NCBI GenBank assembly: GCA_016186145.1
Contig: JACPMF010000010.1
Coordinates: 8,053 to 72,052 of the forward strand
Source: Candidatus Sungiibacteriota bacterium
GTDB lineage: Bacteria > Patescibacteriota > Minisyncoccia > Sungbacterales > SURF-37
Direction: 5' to 3'
Length of the DNA: 64,000 nucleotides
Position numbers and translations under genes: made by a program. This document shows, one piece after another, positions 9,215 through 18,398 of the stretch. Every line of letters starts with the position of its first letter. Positions within the stretch are counted from its first letter, which is position 1. Below the pieces are notes generated by a model. That model was not told where the DNA came from and searched no databases. It was given only the letters and a program-made list of their open reading frames with translations.

Positions 9215-9352
9215 TAATTTTTATCTAACGGGGTGAGGGCCCTGGCCCGTTGACCCGCCAGCAGCTTGTCTACGGTTAACCGTGATAAAGTGCTAAATCC
9301 AGCCTTGGTGCGCCGAAGCTTTATGCGAAGGCGACCCCTGGGAAAGATAACT
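9215..9352 (+). promoter_or_regulatory. SAM-I (S-box) riboswitch in the metK leader
   Basis: ttatc...GGTGAGGGCCCTGGCCCGTTGACCCGCCAGCAGC...GGTGCTAAATCCAGCC...GGGAAAGATAACTCATCG matches the S-box consensus CUUAUC..GAGGGAcUGGCCCgaUGA.aCCCgGCAACC...GGUGCuAAUUCCuGC...GAAAGAUGAG. The P1 strands are ttatc/gataa. It sits directly 5' of metK. Confidence 0.7.
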
Positions 9353-9357
9353 CATCG

Positions 9358-9383
9358 CGTCTTTCCCCGGGAAAGGCGTTTTT
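9358..9383 (+). terminator. Riboswitch expression-platform terminator cgtctttcc-ccgg-ggaaaggcg plus T5
   Basis: 9-bp stem (one G-U pair) followed by TTTTT, ending 7 nt before the metK ATG. Confidence 0.6.
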
Positions 9384-9389
9384 AATTAA

Positions 9390-10442
9390 ATGCTATACAA
9401 TCCACATACTTATACGGTGGAAAGCGTCACTTCGGGACACCCCGACAAAATCTGCGACCAAATTTCAGACGCAATTTTGGACGAATGCCTCCGCCGGGAC
9501 CCAAAAAGCCGCGTTGCAGTAGAATGCTTCGGCGGCCACGGCGCTCTTGTTATCGGAGGCGAAGTGACGACATCGGCGCGTGTTGATTACGCCGACATCG
9601 CAAGAGAAATCTACGAGAACATCGGCCACACGAAAAACCTTAAAATAATCACGAACGTCGTTACTCAATCTCCGGATATTGCCCAAGGAGTTAACACCGG
9701 CGGCGCCGGAGACCAAGGTATTATGTACGGCTTTGCAACAGACGAGACGCCGGAATTTATGCCGTTTGCCGTCGTAAAGGCACATGCATTGGCCCAAGGA
9801 TTAGAGGCTCTCCGGAGAAACAATTCTCTGTTTTCATGGCTCAGCCCTGATGGAAAAACGCAGGTTACCATTAAAAACAGCAAGGTTAAAACAATACTTA
9901 TTTCCTGCCAACACGATGAAAACATCGAACAGGAGGAAATAAAACGGCTTTTGAAAGAACACCTTGTGGAACCGGTTATTGGAGATATTTCCAGCATTGA
10001 GATATTGGTAAATCCAACTGGTAAATTTACTGTCGGAGGATTTGACGCCGATACCGGACTTACCGGCAGAAAAATTATGGTGGATACATACGGCGGCCTC
10101 ATTCCCCATGGCGGCGGATGTTTTTCCGGAAAAGACCCGACGAAAGTCGACCGCTCGGCGGCGTACATGGCCCGCTTTGCGGCAAAAAATATTGTTGCAT
10201 CAGGAATAGCTAAAAAGTGCCTCGTATCAGTTGCATATGCCATCGGGCGGGCCGAACCGCTTATGGTAGAAATGATCAATGAAAAAGGAGAAAGCATTGC
10301 CGGAGCAATAAAAAACAACTTCGATTTCCGGCCCACGGCAATTATCGAACGCCTCAACCTCCAAGAACCAATTTACCTCTCTACTGCCGCATATGGCCAT
10401 TTTGGGAAAGAGGGCTTGCCTTGGGAAAAAGTTCTATATTGA
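9390..10442 (+). CDS. metK: S-adenosylmethionine synthetase
   Basis: ESVTSGHPDKICDQISDAILD and GGAGDQGIMYGFA, with the C-terminal AAYGHFGKEGLPWEK. It is a compact 350-aa form. Confidence 0.9.
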   Translation: MLYNPHTYTVESVTSGHPDKICDQISDAILDECLRRDPKSRVAVECFGGHGALVIGGEVTTSARVDYADIAREIYENIGHTKNLKIITNVVTQSPDIAQGVNTGGAGDQGIMYGFATDETPEFMPFAVVKAHALAQGLEALRRNNSLFSWLSPDGKTQVTIKNSKVKTILISCQHDENIEQEEIKRLLKEHLVEPVIGDISSIEILVNPTGKFTVGGFDADTGLTGRKIMVDTYGGLIPHGGGCFSGKDPTKVDRSAAYMARFAAKNIVASGIAKKCLVSVAYAIGRAEPLMVEMINEKGESIAGAIKNNFDFRPTAIIERLNLQEPIYLSTAAYGHFGKEGLPWEKVLY

Positions 10443-10516
10443 CAACTGTTGGAAAGCAGCGATACCATAATCCAGTATGCTCTTTTGTATTTTAATGCGG
10501 ACAGAAGGAGGAAACG

Positions 10517-10969
10517 GTGAACGCGGATATCTATACGACAGAACTCGATCTGGAAGAGACCAAAAAAGCTGAAACCTTTGAAGAACTACTCGCGGTTGCA
10601 TTGAGAATAATCAACCGACTCAGCTATCCTATCGGAATGGTCTGCGGGCCGATTACCAGCGGCGGAACCGGCTCCCAGGAAGAAAATGTAGCAAAGCTTG
10701 CTCGAGCAATACGGGCCCTTCGCGAAGAACAGGGAGAAATTATTTTCAACCAGCTTGTGTTTGAAGCGGCAATGATGCGCATTAAAGAAACCCCCTACTA
10801 CCGCGACGCGCTCCATCTCCTCGAAGCTTTTTATCGGCCGCTCTTTGAACACGGAAAAATCAAAACCTTCTACTTTGTGACAGGATGGAAAAGTTCTTTT
10901 GGGACAAACTGGGAGCACGAGGAAGCCGTACGGCTCGGAATAAAAATCGTTTATCTGCCAGAGATATAA
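10517..10969 (+). CDS. Hypothetical protein (GTG start, RBS AAGGAGGA), co-transcribed with metK
   Basis: A 150-aa ORF with a strong RBS. Contains GMVCGPITSGGTGS (a glycine-rich loop, possibly a Rossmann-like fold). Family unknown. Confidence 0.5.
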   Translation: MNADIYTTELDLEETKKAETFEELLAVALRIINRLSYPIGMVCGPITSGGTGSQEENVAKLARAIRALREEQGEIIFNQLVFEAAMMRIKETPYYRDALHLLEAFYRPLFEHGKIKTFYFVTGWKSSFGTNWEHEEAVRLGIKIVYLPEI

Positions 10970-10987
10970 TCAGCAGCCGACAAAAAT

Positions 10988-11011
10988 AGCACCCCCAACA
11001 GGGGCTTTTTT
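10988..11011 (+). terminator. Weak terminator agcaccccc-aaca-ggggc plus T6
   Basis: Short GC stem followed by TTTTTT. Confidence 0.4.
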
Positions 11012-11064
11012 AGTATAAATGATTGTGGAGCTCCGCGTCAGAAAGCTAATACAATATCTCCACT

Positions 11065-11240
11065 TCACCCAGCACATAAATTTACATACGGTTATAAAGC
11101 GATGAGATGGTTTAGCTGCCAAACTTTGTTTTTAGGCAAAACATCGACTGTAAATTTATGTGCTGGGTTATTGTTTGTAGCTCCATTCATCCGAGCGCTC
11201 AACGCATTGAGCGCTCGGTATTCTGGAGACAAACAATAAC
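11065..11240. repeat. Structured intergenic repeat element, copy B
   Basis: 21-bp stem cacccagcacataaatttaca / tgtaaatttatgtgctgggt around a ~61-nt loop. An outer stem ttattgtttgtagctcca / tggagacaaacaataa encloses the palindrome ccgagcgctcaacgcattgagcgctcgg. Compared with copy A, the inner hairpin differs in sequence but stays palindromic. Confidence 0.5.
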
Positions 11241-11284
11241 TTATGCTATAGAAGAACTAGGAATTAAAGAATCGCCTTTTAATT

Positions 11285-12433
11285 ATGATCGAATTTACCA
11301 TTCTCAAAACATCGAAACGAAGCCGAGCCAGAATCGGCGTTTTAAAGACGCCGCACGGCGAAATTGAAACCCCGTCGCTTGTCCCGGTCGCAACACAAGC
11401 AACGGTGAAAACGCTTACCGGCGAGGAATTACTGCAAACGAAAACTCAGATTCTCATTGCAAACACATTTCATCTCCATACCCGGCCGGGCGAAAACATT
11501 GTCCGATCAGCCGGCGGTCTTCATCGTTTTATGAGCTGGAAACGCCCTCTCATGACCGACTCGGGCGGTTTCCAGGTATTCAGCTTGGGGTTCGGGCATG
11601 ACCTGAATGTCGGAAAAATCCTCAAATATTTCCCGGGGAGAGATACCGAAACCATTATCAACAAAGGCGCGCGGCCAAGCAGGTTGAATATCACCGAAGA
11701 AGGGGTTTATTTCCTTGCGCCGGCAAGCGGTCATAAACTATTTTTAGGGCCAAAAGAATCAATAGCCATACAGGAAAAATTGGGGGCTGATATAATTTTT
11801 ACTTTTGATGAGTGCACCGCACCCCTCATAAGCGTTGAATACGCAAAATCCGCAGTCGGAAGAACCCATCGTTGGGCAAAACTATGCCAAACGGCCCTGA
11901 AAGGAAACCAGGCCCTTTTCGGAATAGTTCAGGGCTCGCGATTCAAAGAGCTGCGGGAAAAAAGCGCAAAATTCATAAACTCTCTTGACTTTCCGGGGTT
12001 CGGAATAGGCGGAGACCTTGGCCACGACAAAGCCATGACGAAAAAAATTCTTTCATGGACGCTTCCCCTCCTCCACCCTCGAAAACCGCGCCACCTTCTT
12101 GGTATCGGCTATCTTGAAGATATTCCGGAAATCATCAAAAGCGGCATCGATCTTTTTGACTGCACCGTTCCAACCCATTATGCGCGGCGCGGAATCGCAT
12201 TTACGAGTGACGGCCGGCTGAATCTTCTACACAGCACCTTCCTAAAAGATAAAAAACCGCTCGACCCGAAATGCCCGTGCCAAACATGCCGGGGATACCG
12301 AAGAAACTATATTTCTCACCTTATTCGCGCAAGAGAAATCACGGCCTCCTGCCTCCTGACGCTCCACAATCTTTACTTTTTCAATAATTTTGTTGAAGGG
12401 CTTCGTGAGAAAATTAAAAAGGGCAATTTGTAA
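11285..12433 (+). CDS. tgt: Queuine tRNA-ribosyltransferase (tRNA-guanine transglycosylase)
   Basis: Has the LMTDSGGFQVFSLG catalytic motif, the zinc site CPCQTCRGY...H, and TIM-barrel length. Confidence 0.9.
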   Translation: MIEFTILKTSKRSRARIGVLKTPHGEIETPSLVPVATQATVKTLTGEELLQTKTQILIANTFHLHTRPGENIVRSAGGLHRFMSWKRPLMTDSGGFQVFSLGFGHDLNVGKILKYFPGRDTETIINKGARPSRLNITEEGVYFLAPASGHKLFLGPKESIAIQEKLGADIIFTFDECTAPLISVEYAKSAVGRTHRWAKLCQTALKGNQALFGIVQGSRFKELREKSAKFINSLDFPGFGIGGDLGHDKAMTKKILSWTLPLLHPRKPRHLLGIGYLEDIPEIIKSGIDLFDCTVPTHYARRGIAFTSDGRLNLLHSTFLKDKKPLDPKCPCQTCRGYRRNYISHLIRAREITASCLLTLHNLYFFNNFVEGLREKIKKGNL

Positions 12434-12438
12434 ATCCG

Positions 12439-13725
12439 TTGAGGCGCAAAGAGCGCAAGAATACAATCACTAAATTACTTAGTATGCGGGTATCAAAAAA
12501 AATTACAGTGCTGGTCATAGTTATTTCAGCAGCAGTACTTCTTATTTGGCTTTGGCCGAAAGCAATTTTTTATTGGAAGAGTTTCCGCGGGGCTAAAGTA
12601 TTCTTTGAAAAGCCGCCTGCCGATATCACAGAGGTTATCAACACAACCGGCATGCCGCTTACCTTACCATCCGGTTTTGCCGTATCAATTTTTGCGAAAG
12701 AGCTTGTACGGCCGCGCGTTATCATCCAAGACCCCGCGGGGAATTTGGTCGTAAGCATACCGTCTGAAGGACGAGTTGTTGTACTCCCCGATTCGAATCG
12801 AGACGGCGTTGCCGATAAAACCGAAACCATTATCAACAAACTAAACCTCCCCCACGGCCTCGCATTACTTTGCGAAGAAAAATGTTTTCTTTACGTTGCC
12901 GAATCCCATCAAATCAGCATCTACCGCTATGACGAAAAAACCTTGACCGCGGCTTTCATACGGAAAATAGCCGACCTGCCTGACGGCGGAAATCACTACA
13001 CAAGAACCATCGGGTTTGGGCCGGATGGAAGGCTTTATGTATCCATCGGCTCCTCCTGCAATGTGTGCCATGAAAAAGACCCCCGCCGGGCCAAAATCTT
13101 TTCAATGCAAAAAGACGGCAGTGATTTTCGCGAATTTGCGAAAGGACTAAGAAATTCCGTTTTCTTCACATGGCATCCGATTGACGGCCGGATGTGGGCG
13201 ACGGAAATGGGACGCGACCTTCTCGGTGACGACCTGCCGCCGGATGAAATAAATATAATTGAAACAAGCGGCTCTTCGACCAGGATTGAGGCAAGAAATT
13301 ACGGCTGGCCCGTATGCTACGGCAAGAACATTCACGATACGGATTTTGACGACAACGTGTACATCCGCAATCCATGCCAAGAGCCCTTTGAAACGCCAAG
13401 CGCCATTGACATTCCGGCGCATTCAGCACCACTTGGTCTTGCCTTTGTACCCAAACAGGGTTGGCCGGAAGAATATTGGAATAATCTTCTTGTTGCACAC
13501 CATGGCTCATGGAACCGCTCCGCGCCTACCGGCTATAAAATTGTACGATATATTTTTGACGAAAGCGGCGATTATTTAGGCGAGAAAAATTTTATCAGCG
13601 GCTGGCTAACCCGGGAAGGCGTTATTGGCAGACCGGTAGGCATATTCATTGACTCAAACGGCATTTTGTATCTATCAGACGATAAGGCAGGTGTTATTTA
13701 TCGAATTATTTACCGTGGAGAATAA
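12439..13725 (+). CDS. Soluble quinoprotein glucose/sorbosone dehydrogenase family (beta-propeller) with N-terminal TM anchor
   Basis: TM helix, then GRLYVSIGSSCNVC, GRDLLGDDLPPDEIN and HHGSWNRS, motifs typical of PQQ-dependent sugar dehydrogenases of the sorbosone-DH family. Confidence 0.55.
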   Translation: MRRKERKNTITKLLSMRVSKKITVLVIVISAAVLLIWLWPKAIFYWKSFRGAKVFFEKPPADITEVINTTGMPLTLPSGFAVSIFAKELVRPRVIIQDPAGNLVVSIPSEGRVVVLPDSNRDGVADKTETIINKLNLPHGLALLCEEKCFLYVAESHQISIYRYDEKTLTAAFIRKIADLPDGGNHYTRTIGFGPDGRLYVSIGSSCNVCHEKDPRRAKIFSMQKDGSDFREFAKGLRNSVFFTWHPIDGRMWATEMGRDLLGDDLPPDEINIIETSGSSTRIEARNYGWPVCYGKNIHDTDFDDNVYIRNPCQEPFETPSAIDIPAHSAPLGLAFVPKQGWPEEYWNNLLVAHHGSWNRSAPTGYKIVRYIFDESGDYLGEKNFISGWLTREGVIGRPVGIFIDSNGILYLSDDKAGVIYRIIYRGE

Positions 13726-13805
13726 CGGCCGTTGACTTTTTTAAAAAAAACTGCAACGCTTCTAAAAAAGAAGCTTCTTGAAAACAAAGTTTTAAGGAGG
13801 GCACG

Positions 13806-14720
13806 ATGCTTAAAGAAGCTGCCGCCCGCATGCTCGGTTTTGCAACGGCGAACATCCTCCCAAAACAATTGGTTTGGTTTTTTGCGCGACGATTTATCGC
13901 CGGAACAGATATGAAATCTGCCATTGAGTACGCAAAAACGTTGAACAATCAGGAATTTTCAGTATCGATTGACTGTATCGGCGAGGAAAGAAATGACGCT
14001 GCTACTGTTCTTTGGGCTAAAAACGAATACCTTGCGCTTCTCGGCGCAATGCAAAAACACGCCATATATGGCGATATCTCACTTAAATTAAGCCACTTCG
14101 GACTTCTGCAAAAAGACGTCCCGCAAGCTGTACGCGGTTTGGGCTTAAGCGCTTTTCAATCAATAGTAAACAAGGCGGCAAAACATCAAACTCGGGTCTG
14201 GATAGACGCCGAACGCCTTGATTGGCGTAGCAGCACATGGCAGCTAATTCGACTTTTATTCCCACCGCAATCCTATCGTTGGATTGGGTTATGTATCCAA
14301 GCTTACGCAAAAGATTCTCTTGATTTTCTAAAAAGAGAAATCGAAATAGGGGGATATTGCGGCTACGATTCAATTTCAGTTCGCGTTTGTAAAGGCGCGT
14401 ATCGGGAACCGGGGCATCAACTTTACGCTTCCAAAGAACTTGAAGAAAACTTTCTTAAACTCTGCCGCCTTGTACTTGACAATGGTCTTTATCTGCAAGT
14501 AGCTACTAATGACGATGGGCTTGCTGAAAGGGTCAGCGGTTTTGGCCCGCGCGAATACGCTATGCTGCTTGGCGCAAATCCTGAAGGAGCACGCTGGCGG
14601 TTAGCAGACCACAACAATGTTAAAATCTATATGCCTTACGGCGCGGACTTCAAATCTTATGTGGCACGAAGAATTGCTGAACGGCCCGAATATATTTTTC
14701 TCCCGTTCAAAACCAACTAA
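13806..14720 (+). CDS. Monofunctional proline dehydrogenase (PutA PRODH-domain family)
   Basis: RFIAGTDMKSA, ISLKLSHFG, VWIDAERLDW, GLCIQAYAKDS and VCKGAYRE match PRODH conserved blocks (FIAGET, SVKLS.LG, IDAEE, QAYL, VKGAY.E). RBS AAGGAGGG. Confidence 0.65.
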   Translation: MLKEAAARMLGFATANILPKQLVWFFARRFIAGTDMKSAIEYAKTLNNQEFSVSIDCIGEERNDAATVLWAKNEYLALLGAMQKHAIYGDISLKLSHFGLLQKDVPQAVRGLGLSAFQSIVNKAAKHQTRVWIDAERLDWRSSTWQLIRLLFPPQSYRWIGLCIQAYAKDSLDFLKREIEIGGYCGYDSISVRVCKGAYREPGHQLYASKELEENFLKLCRLVLDNGLYLQVATNDDGLAERVSGFGPREYAMLLGANPEGARWRLADHNNVKIYMPYGADFKSYVARRIAERPEYIFLPFKTN

Positions 14721-14742
14721 GGGGCCTTTAAAGGCCCTTTTT
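14721..14742 (+). terminator. Terminator ggggcc-tttaaa-ggcccc... plus T5
   Basis: GC stem immediately after the stop codon, followed by TTTTT. Confidence 0.6.
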
Positions 14743-14782
14743 ACATTTACTTTCAAAATTCAAGAAATATGGTATCATTTCA

Positions 14783-15253
14783 GTGGTTATGCAACTTAAA
14801 CGCAACAAGCATCTACATTCCAAAGAGCATTTGCTTGCCGATGATTTGTCGCGCGCAATGCTCGAAGAGAAAAAATTCGCGGCGTACCTTGGCATCGCAA
14901 GACTCTACCACGAGCCGGATCTCCGCCGGCTCATGCGTTACGTTCTCGAGAAACCAGGACTCCCCCGAGAAGCCCGAGGCAAATACTTTTTTGCATCGCT
15001 CAAAGGGCTTCCAAAAAAGCCTTCTAAGCATACATCAGATAATGAATTTGATGAATTGGATCAAAAGATTTTAGATAGTTTCAAAGAAATTAATCCGAAG
15101 GAGGATTTGGTTGATAAAAAAAAATTACCTCGGGGAAGTTGGTTCGTAAAATCCGGAAAGGAAAAAAATTCTCCAAATAAACAAAAAAAGCAAAATATCA
15201 TAAATGAAAAACGCAACGGCAACCATTTTAAACATAGTAAAAGAACCGGATAA
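14783..15253 (+). CDS. Hypothetical basic protein with a Lys-rich tail. It overlaps the def start by about 50 nt.
   Basis: A 156-aa ORF with no recognisable domain. It may be shorter or non-coding. Confidence 0.3.
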   Translation: MVMQLKRNKHLHSKEHLLADDLSRAMLEEKKFAAYLGIARLYHEPDLRRLMRYVLEKPGLPREARGKYFFASLKGLPKKPSKHTSDNEFDELDQKILDSFKEINPKEDLVDKKKLPRGSWFVKSGKEKNSPNKQKKQNIINEKRNGNHFKHSKRTG

Positions 15254-15806
15254 AATTCTCCGCGGCATAGCAAAAGAGATACCGACCGACTCAATCCCTA
15301 CCGCTCCTATACAGCGCCTGATAGACCACATGAAAGATACGCTTGCGGCAACCCCGGACGGCGTCGGGCTTGCCGCCCCGCAAATAGGAAAACCGCTGCA
15401 GATTTTCATCGTGTCGGAGGAAGCCGAAAATATCGACAGAATGGAAAAAATGCTTATTGAAAAAAAGAATGAGCCGCTCTCGCCAGAAGCCGAGTTGCCC
15501 CAAAAAGAACGCTGGAACTACTATGTTTTCATAAACCCAGCCGTCAAAAATGTTTCGAAACGGAAACTTGGACGCTCCGAGGGGTGCCTGTCCGTTCCCG
15601 GAAAATTCGGCGAGGTTCGCCGCCATGAAAAAATAACCGTTGAGGCGTACGACGAAAACGGGAAAAAATTCACCCGGGGTGCCGCCCGTTTTTTTGCGCG
15701 CGTGCTGCAACACGAACTCGACCACTTGCAAGGAACACTTTTTATCGACAAAGCGGAGAAAATATTTAAATCAGACAATAACGGGAAAAAAGAAAGCCGC
15801 GATTAA
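15204..15806 (+). CDS. def: Peptide deformylase
   Basis: GVGLAAPQIG, EGCLSVPG and HELDHLQG, the three PDF motifs, with an internal insertion relative to E. coli. Confidence 0.85.
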   Translation: MKNATATILNIVKEPDKILRGIAKEIPTDSIPTAPIQRLIDHMKDTLAATPDGVGLAAPQIGKPLQIFIVSEEAENIDRMEKMLIEKKNEPLSPEAELPQKERWNYYVFINPAVKNVSKRKLGRSEGCLSVPGKFGEVRRHEKITVEAYDENGKKFTRGAARFFARVLQHELDHLQGTLFIDKAEKIFKSDNNGKKESRD

Positions 15807-16327
15807 CGCGGCGGCTTATTGACGACGGAGACATCAAGTTGTCTCGTTTGCTTAATCTCGCCCCTGGAAAAAACACCGAGTTCAAGCGTCCCAACGCCTT
15901 CCGGAAGACTAATCAAACTAACCCTCCACCGCACCCGTGCATCAGACAAGACATATGGCGTATTATCCGGCATAAGAAGGTAAGCGAAAGACCTCCCGCC
16001 TTCCCCTTGCCAATTTTGCCAAATTGTCAAATTGCTGCTTTTAATGAAGAAACGAGAGCAGGTGAGCCCTGTGGTCGGTTCCGCATAAAGCGTATACCAG
16101 AGATCTTGCGCGACAACCCGCACGTTGTTGGTAGAAGAAACAATCAGCGCATCCGTCCGCATTTCTTTCCACTTCGTACAGTCTGCAACCGGAGCCGCAT
16201 TAACGACATATGCAGTCCCGACGGTAGCAAAAACAAAAGCAAGAATAGCGATAATTCGCCTCATCAGCCGCCTCCTTCTCTTCAAAAAACGCATGCGCGT
16301 TTCGCATGCACCATCTATGGTTAGCAA
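15803..16327 (-). CDS. Hypothetical secreted protein, inserted between def and fmt on the opposite strand
   Basis: Signal-like MRRIIAILAFVFATVGTAYVVNA. No recognised domain. Confidence 0.4.
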   Translation of the reverse strand: MLTIDGACETRMRFLKRRRRLMRRIIAILAFVFATVGTAYVVNAAPVADCTKWKEMRTDALIVSSTNNVRVVAQDLWYTLYAEPTTGLTCSRFFIKSSNLTIWQNWQGEGGRSFAYLLMPDNTPYVLSDARVRWRVSLISLPEGVGTLELGVFSRGEIKQTRQLDVSVVNKPPR

Positions 16328-16339
16328 AAAAGAACGCCC

Positions 16340-17356
16340 TTGTCAACACAAAAAACAAGCCCGAACGGCACAGAACAAAAAAACGGGGTAAAAATAATTT
16401 TCTGGGGTACGCCGGAATTCGCACTCCCCTCTTTAGAGGGACTTATTAAAAATAACTATCGGGTCATCGCCCTCATCACCAAACCGGACGAACCAATGGG
16501 AAGAGGGCAAAAAATAACGCCACCGCCGGCAAAAAAAACAGCTGAAAAATATGGAATTCGGGTTTTGCAACCAACAAAGCTCGATTTTGATTTCAAAACC
16601 GCCATTTCAAACTTCGAGCCGGATTTATTCGTTGTTGCCGCTTATGGAAAACTAATTCCTAAAGAGATACTGGATATCCCGAAATATGGAGCAATAAATA
16701 TCCACCCATCATTATTACCCCGCTATCGAGGCCCCTCCCCAATTCAACACACAATCCTCAATGGCGACAAAGAAACCGGCGCTACCCTGATACTCATGGA
16801 CGAGAAGATGGACCATGGGCCAATTGTCGCTTCGCGACAATTGGAAATCCGAAATCCGAAATCCGAAATCCTAAACTCCAAAATAACGTATCCTGAATTG
16901 CATAATAAACTAGCGATGCTTGGAGCAGAATTGCTTATTGAAACATTGCCGAGATGGCTTGCGGGAGAAATAAAACCCGCGCCACAGGACGAATCAAAAG
17001 CGGTCTACTGTAAAATGCTTAAAAAAGAAGACGGTAAAATTGACTGGACTAAACCGGCCGAAAACCTTGAGCGGCAAATCCGCGCCTTTCTGGAATGGCC
17101 GGGGAGTTATACTTTTTGGCAAAGGGGCAATAATCGGTTACGCTTAGAAATAGAAGCGGCAGAAGTTGCTAATCCAAAAATTCCCCCCTTTGATACGCCT
17201 GGGCTGGTATGGCAAAAAGACCAAACTTCTCTTTTAGTGGAGACGGGGAGAGGAAGTTTATGCGTAATCAAAGTTAAGCTCGCAGGGAAAAAAGCCGCTG
17301 ACGCGAAAGAATTTCTCAACGGTTATAAAGATATTATCGGAGCCATCTTAAGATAA
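16340..17356 (+). CDS. fmt: Methionyl-tRNA formyltransferase
   Basis: KIIFWGTPEFALPSL and NIHPSLLPRYRGPSPIQHTILNGDKETG (formyltransferase SLLP motif), with a C-terminal Fmt domain. It contains an in-frame heptamer tandem repeat. Confidence 0.85.
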   Translation: MSTQKTSPNGTEQKNGVKIIFWGTPEFALPSLEGLIKNNYRVIALITKPDEPMGRGQKITPPPAKKTAEKYGIRVLQPTKLDFDFKTAISNFEPDLFVVAAYGKLIPKEILDIPKYGAINIHPSLLPRYRGPSPIQHTILNGDKETGATLILMDEKMDHGPIVASRQLEIRNPKSEILNSKITYPELHNKLAMLGAELLIETLPRWLAGEIKPAPQDESKAVYCKMLKKEDGKIDWTKPAENLERQIRAFLEWPGSYTFWQRGNNRLRLEIEAAEVANPKIPPFDTPGLVWQKDQTSLLVETGRGSLCVIKVKLAGKKAADAKEFLNGYKDIIGAILR

Positions 17357-17453
17357 AACGAAGATATTAGCTTCCTAGCTTTTTAGCTTTCTAGAGTGTT
17401 CAAGTTCGTGTAACTAAAAAACTAAAACCTAAGAAGCTAGAAGCTAACGCAAA

Positions 17454-18329
17454 ATGGACAGGCCACTTACATTCTTCATCATCGCCGGCATCGTGATCGT
17501 GCTTTTTCTGCATTATAGCGGCTCTTCATTTTTTCCCGGAGAAGGACCGCTTGCAACGGGCCCCGGCGGCGGGCTCAACGAACCGCCCTCTCCGCTTTCT
17601 TTTAACGGCAGCGCGTCCGGCGCACCAACAGGAACACAACCGTCAATGCCGGGACAATCCTTTTATAGAGACGAAGTAACAATCTCGCGGGCCTTTCCAT
17701 CACCCGCAGATCTTCGGAATGAGCAGCTGATTATCAAACGAAGCGGTTTTACCGCTTCCGAAAATGAAAAAAAACAGCCGATTTCCCTTGATGGCTGGAC
17801 GATTGAAAACAGAAAAGGAGACCGTATCCAAATACCAAGCGCATTTTATATTCCCAACAACAGTGTTTCCGCAACCCCCATCGAGCTAAGAGGGGGCGGA
17901 GAGATAATTGTTATAACCGGCGATACGACATTCGGATCATCATTCCAGGAAAACACTTGCACCGGGTATTTCAACGAATTTCATTCATTCATACCCCCAC
18001 TCTCGGAGGCGTGCCCCGAAATCGAGCGAAGCGAACTCCTCAAAACCGGCCTCAACAGCTCTTGCATCGACCTCATAGAGCGAACACCGCGCTGCCGACA
18101 AACCAAAATTGGTTTTGAAGAACAAGCCGCAGGGAATGCATGCATAGACTTTGTAAAACAACACCTCAACTATGCCGGCTGCCTGCGAGATAATCGGGAA
18201 AAACAGAACTTCTTCACGAACCGCTGGCGGGTTTTCCTGAAAAGAAAAGAACCGCTCTGGGATCCCCGACACGATAACATAATCTTGAGGGATAAGGCGG
18301 GATTAATAGTGAATGAGTACAGCTACTGA
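17454..18329 (+). CDS. Hypothetical secreted protein, possibly with a lamin-tail-like (LTD) domain
   Basis: N-terminal TM/signal, a Pro/Gly/Ser-rich linker, then ISLDGWTIENRKGDRIQIP, which resembles the LTD 'GW.L.N' core. Cys-rich C-terminal part. Confidence 0.4.
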   Translation: MDRPLTFFIIAGIVIVLFLHYSGSSFFPGEGPLATGPGGGLNEPPSPLSFNGSASGAPTGTQPSMPGQSFYRDEVTISRAFPSPADLRNEQLIIKRSGFTASENEKKQPISLDGWTIENRKGDRIQIPSAFYIPNNSVSATPIELRGGGEIIVITGDTTFGSSFQENTCTGYFNEFHSFIPPLSEACPEIERSELLKTGLNSSCIDLIERTPRCRQTKIGFEEQAAGNACIDFVKQHLNYAGCLRDNREKQNFFTNRWRVFLKRKEPLWDPRHDNIILRDKAGLIVNEYSY

Positions 18330-18398
18330 GCAAGCCCGAACTCAAAAATTCAACCCTGTGTTTTTACCTTTACCTTGATTTAAAGGAATTAACTTTGT

